Virus record (IMG/VR): IMGVR_UViG_3300024309_000001
Span: 1-57,712 of that record
Origin: a virus
Taxonomy: Duplodnaviria > Caudoviricetes
Length of the DNA stretch: 57,712 nt
Reading direction: 5' to 3' (one strand)
Shown: piece after piece, positions 54,961-57,712 of the stretch
Position numbering within the stretch: position 1 is the stretch's first letter
Layout: every line of letters starts with the position of its first letter
The notes under the pieces: generated by a model
What the model was told of the DNA's origin: nothing
Seen by the model: the letters and a program-made list of their open reading frames with translations, nothing else
The model's database searches: none
Position numbers and translations under genes: made by a program

Positions 54961-55185
54961 ATGAGCGAACGAAACGACGGCGGCCCGGCATATCCGGTAT
55001 GGGAATTGAACGGCAGCGGCCAGCCCGAAATGACGTGCTTCGGCATGAGCTTGCGCGATTACTTCGCCGGTCAGGCGGTGCAGGGGTGGTCGGCAAATCC
55101 GCTGCCGAACGCCTCGTCGATTCACGATGTCGCTGCGCGGGCCTATCGCCTGGCCGACGCCATGCTTGCAGCCAGGGAGGCGTGA
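54961..55185 (+). CDS. Conserved small phage protein (GMSLRDYFA..AY..ADAML family)
   Basis: GGPAYP..GMSLRDYFAGQA..AYRLADAMLAAR; GGAGG RBS. Confidence 0.75.
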   Translation: MSERNDGGPAYPVWELNGSGQPEMTCFGMSLRDYFAGQAVQGWSANPLPNASSIHDVAARAYRLADAMLAAREA

Positions 55186-55253
55186 TGAGCAAGCGCAGCA
55201 AGCAAAAGCGCCAGCGCCCTGGAAGGGATTTTCCGGGGCCGTGGGAGGAATGA
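55185..55253 (+). CDS. 22-aa basic micropeptide
   Basis: MSKRSKQKRQRPGRDFPGPWEE; GGAGG RBS. Confidence 0.55.
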   Translation: MSKRSKQKRQRPGRDFPGPWEE

Positions 55254-55465
55254 TGGCAATCGTCGCATATACCGGGCATCCGGACAGCCGCCTGTTCACC
55301 CGCATCGAATTTTCGAGCTGGGATCAGGCGCGCATGGCGACGTGGAACGACGGTGCCATTTTTGGACTGCATGACACGGACAGTGAGACGACTCACTGGG
55401 ACAAGACCTGGGATGCTATGGCGCCACATGCAGAGGCAGGACAAATGGAGTTATTCGCATGCTGA
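55253..55465 (+). CDS. Hypothetical protein
   Basis: GGAGG RBS; ends GQMELFAC. Confidence 0.55.
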   Translation: MAIVAYTGHPDSRLFTRIEFSSWDQARMATWNDGAIFGLHDTDSETTHWDKTWDAMAPHAEAGQMELFAC

Positions 55466-56859
55466 CACCGCAACTACGGCTCACCGGCCTGGACAAGAAG
55501 ATCATCGTGGATCTGTTCGCCGGCGGTGGTGGCATGTCCGTCGCCATGGAGATGGCCTGGGGCCGCAGCCCCGACATCGCCATCAACCACAATGAGGACG
55601 CGCTGAGCCTGCACCAGGCCAATCATCCGCAAACCGAGCATTACGTCACGGACGTGTTCGAGGTTGATCCCCGCACAGCAACCCATGGCCGCCCGGTCGG
55701 CTGGCTGCACCTATCGCCAGACTGCACCCATTTCAGCCAGGCCAAAGGCGGCCAGCCGCGCAGCTCGAAGATCCGGGCGCTGGCCTGGGTCGGCATCCGC
55801 TGGGCCGGCCAAGTGCGGCCCGACTGGATCAGCCTGGAGAATGTCAAGCAGTTCACGAAGTGGGGCCCGCTGATCGCCAAGCGCGACCCCAAGACCCGCC
55901 GCGTCGTGAAACTGGACGGCAGCGTTGCCGCCCCGGGCGAGCGCGTGCCGGTCGAACAGCAATTCCTGGTGCCGGACCCCAAGCGCGAAGGACAGACCTA
56001 CCGCCGCTGGTGCGCAATCCTGCGCAGCATGGGCTATGTCCTGGAGAGCCGCAACATCATCGCTGCCGACATGGGCGGGCACACTACGCGCGAACGGCAT
56101 TTCGAGGTCGGCAATTGCATCGGGGAGACCATCCGCTGGCCGGAGCCTACGCACCACAAGAAGCCCGTGCGCGGGCAGCACAAATGGAAGCCGGCTGCTG
56201 ACTGCATCGACTGGTCCATTCCCTGCCCGTCCATTTTCGAGCGCAAGCGGCCTCTGGCCGATGCCACCCTGCGGCGGATTGCGCGAGGCATCCAGCGGTA
56301 CGTGCTGGAGACGGGCGACCCGTTCATCGTGCCGATCTCCGACTGGTCCCGCGATGGATCGAAGCCTGTATCGGATCCGCTCAGCACGATCACGGCATGG
56401 CCGCGTGGCGGAAAGCATGCCCTGGTCGCGCCGACGCTGATTCAGGCTGGCTATGGAGAGCGCCAGGGCCAGGATCCGCGATGCCTGGATATCGGTCAGC
56501 CGCTGGGCGTAGTGGTCGCTGGCGGCATCAAGCACGCCCTGTCATGCGCCTATCTGATGCAGGCCAACGGAGGATTCAACGCCACGCCAGGTCACGACAT
56601 GGGAAATCCCATGTCCACCGTGACGAACACCGGCAGCCAGCAGCAGCTGGTGACGGCCCATCTGGCCCACCTGCGCGGCAACTGTGATGCGCGGGATGTT
56701 CAGGAGCCCCTGCGCACCATATCCGCCGGCGGTGAGCACCACGGCATCGTGGCATGCACGCTGTCTGCAGATCAGGCAGAGGGCGCGGAGCGTGTCGCGG
56801 CCTTTCTTCTGCGCTACTACGGCGAAGGCGGCCAGTGGTCTGATCTGCGCGACCCATGA
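55459..56859 (+). CDS. C5-cytosine methyltransferase, N-terminal part (motifs I-VIII)
   Basis: DLFAGGGG, SPDC, ENV, TTRER. Confidence 0.85.
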   Translation: MLTPQLRLTGLDKKIIVDLFAGGGGMSVAMEMAWGRSPDIAINHNEDALSLHQANHPQTEHYVTDVFEVDPRTATHGRPVGWLHLSPDCTHFSQAKGGQPRSSKIRALAWVGIRWAGQVRPDWISLENVKQFTKWGPLIAKRDPKTRRVVKLDGSVAAPGERVPVEQQFLVPDPKREGQTYRRWCAILRSMGYVLESRNIIAADMGGHTTRERHFEVGNCIGETIRWPEPTHHKKPVRGQHKWKPAADCIDWSIPCPSIFERKRPLADATLRRIARGIQRYVLETGDPFIVPISDWSRDGSKPVSDPLSTITAWPRGGKHALVAPTLIQAGYGERQGQDPRCLDIGQPLGVVVAGGIKHALSCAYLMQANGGFNATPGHDMGNPMSTVTNTGSQQQLVTAHLAHLRGNCDARDVQEPLRTISAGGEHHGIVACTLSADQAEGAERVAAFLLRYYGEGGQWSDLRDP

Positions 56860-57140
56860 CCACGATCACGACCAAGGACCGCATGGCCCTTGTCACGGTC
56901 ACGATCAAGGGCACGCCCTACGTCATCGTGGATATCGGCCTGCGCATGCTGGAACCCCGCGAGCTTTTCCGCGCCCAGGACTTCCCGGACAGCTACATCA
57001 TCGACCGGGGCCACGACGGGCGCACATTCTCAAAATCCACCCAGGTCCGCATGGTGGGAAACAGCGTCGATCCGATGATGGCCGTCGGCTTCCTGCTGCT
57101 GAATGCCCCGCAGCTGGCCGTGCATAGGAAAGTCGCATGA
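56856..57140 (+). CDS. C5 methyltransferase C-terminal part (motifs IX-X)
   Basis: RMLEPRELFRAQDFP..QVRMVGNSV; ATGA overlap with the upstream part. Confidence 0.8.
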   Translation: MTTITTKDRMALVTVTIKGTPYVIVDIGLRMLEPRELFRAQDFPDSYIIDRGHDGRTFSKSTQVRMVGNSVDPMMAVGFLLLNAPQLAVHRKVA

Positions 57141-57409
57141 TCGACGCCCACACCCTCCTGCTGGCCGCCCAAACGCACGGCGAGCGCGGCGACATCGCCA
57201 CATCCAAATTGCTGCGCGACTCCGCACTCACGATCAGCAGCCTGCGCACCGGCTTGCGTCTCGCCCGGGCGCAGATCGCCGCCGAGCGTGACGCGCTGAT
57301 CCTGACTCATGGCATTGACGGCGTGATCCCGGACACCGACCGCGAGGGGCTGTCCGGCCTGGCCGACCTGGATGCCGTGCTGGCCCAAATTGACGAGGCT
57401 TTGAAATGA
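57137..57409 (+). CDS. Hypothetical protein
   Basis: ATGA-coupled. Confidence 0.6.
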   Translation: MIDAHTLLLAAQTHGERGDIATSKLLRDSALTISSLRTGLRLARAQIAAERDALILTHGIDGVIPDTDREGLSGLADLDAVLAQIDEALK

Positions 57410-57712
57410 CGATCGACACACAACACCTGCGCGACCTGATCCGCCAGGCCTGCCCGCTGCCCTGGACGCTGGCAACCAGCAATTCCTGGCGGCGAATCGT
57501 GGACCCCTACCATGTGCCGGTGGTCTCGCCCTGCAACCAGCGCGACGGCCATCCTGATCTGTGCTTTCCGGCTGGCCCCGAAGGCCCCACGGCACGCCTG
57601 CTGATCGAGGGCATCAATGCCCTTCCGGAGTTGCTCGACATCATCGATGCCGCAAATGGGCAGGTCGCGGAATACGCCCGAATTGCCGAGCGGACCCGTG
57701 CAGAATCCGAGG
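57406..57712 (+). CDS. Ead/Ea22-like protein (truncated by window edge)
   Basis: ACPLPW..ARLLIEGINALPELLD. Confidence 0.5.
   Translation, partial: MTIDTQHLRDLIRQACPLPWTLATSNSWRRIVDPYHVPVVSPCNQRDGHPDLCFPAGPEGPTARLLIEGINALPELLDIIDAANGQVAEYARIAERTRAESE

Larger units (their letters stand above)
135..57712. mobile_element. Temperate podovirus-like prophage (continues beyond right edge)
   Basis: Head, tail, lysis, immunity, replication and recombination modules plus att at the left end; no tape measure or sheath gene. Confidence 0.95.

Noticed and set aside
55239-55250. GPWEE in the micropeptide as another ejection-motif mimic
   Set aside because: Lacks the KY and is not shared by the paralogous peptide; probably chance

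Overview
Nearly the whole window (~135-57712) is a GC-rich, probably betaproteobacterial, temperate podovirus-type prophage with lambdoid regulation. The host assignment is an inference from composition and gene content. The left end is an att site: a displaced tRNA 3' fragment with arm-type repeats. The minus strand carries the late operon: pR', a 2OG-Fe(II) hydroxylase, TerS, TerL with a class-3 LAGLIDADG intein, portal, N4-gp56-type capsid, adaptors, fibres, two beta-propellers, a lysis cassette, a GNAT, ejection proteins and a 2826-aa polyvalent protein. It also carries the Cro-side early operon (replication, helicase, MTase, Q-like). The plus strand carries cI with a membrane/lipoprotein accessory cluster and the PL-like operon (Cas4-like exonuclease, RecT, SbcC-like ATPase, DEDDh exonuclease, split C5 MTase). 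The integrase and second att lie beyond the right edge. Top findings: (1) a membrane-anchored protein downstream of cI carries GPWxKY, the N-terminal motif of the phage's own ejection protein, suggesting decoy-based superinfection exclusion; (2) a ~75-nt candidate sRNA is complementary to the ribosome-binding regions of two distant early genes; (3) a ~300-nt structured antisense leader precedes a 31-33 aa hydrophobic peptide; (4) the intein is class 3, a frame-preserving MTase/ATPase chimera is present, and the propeller genes share identical DNA blocks. All family assignments are motif recognition by eye; no searches were run.
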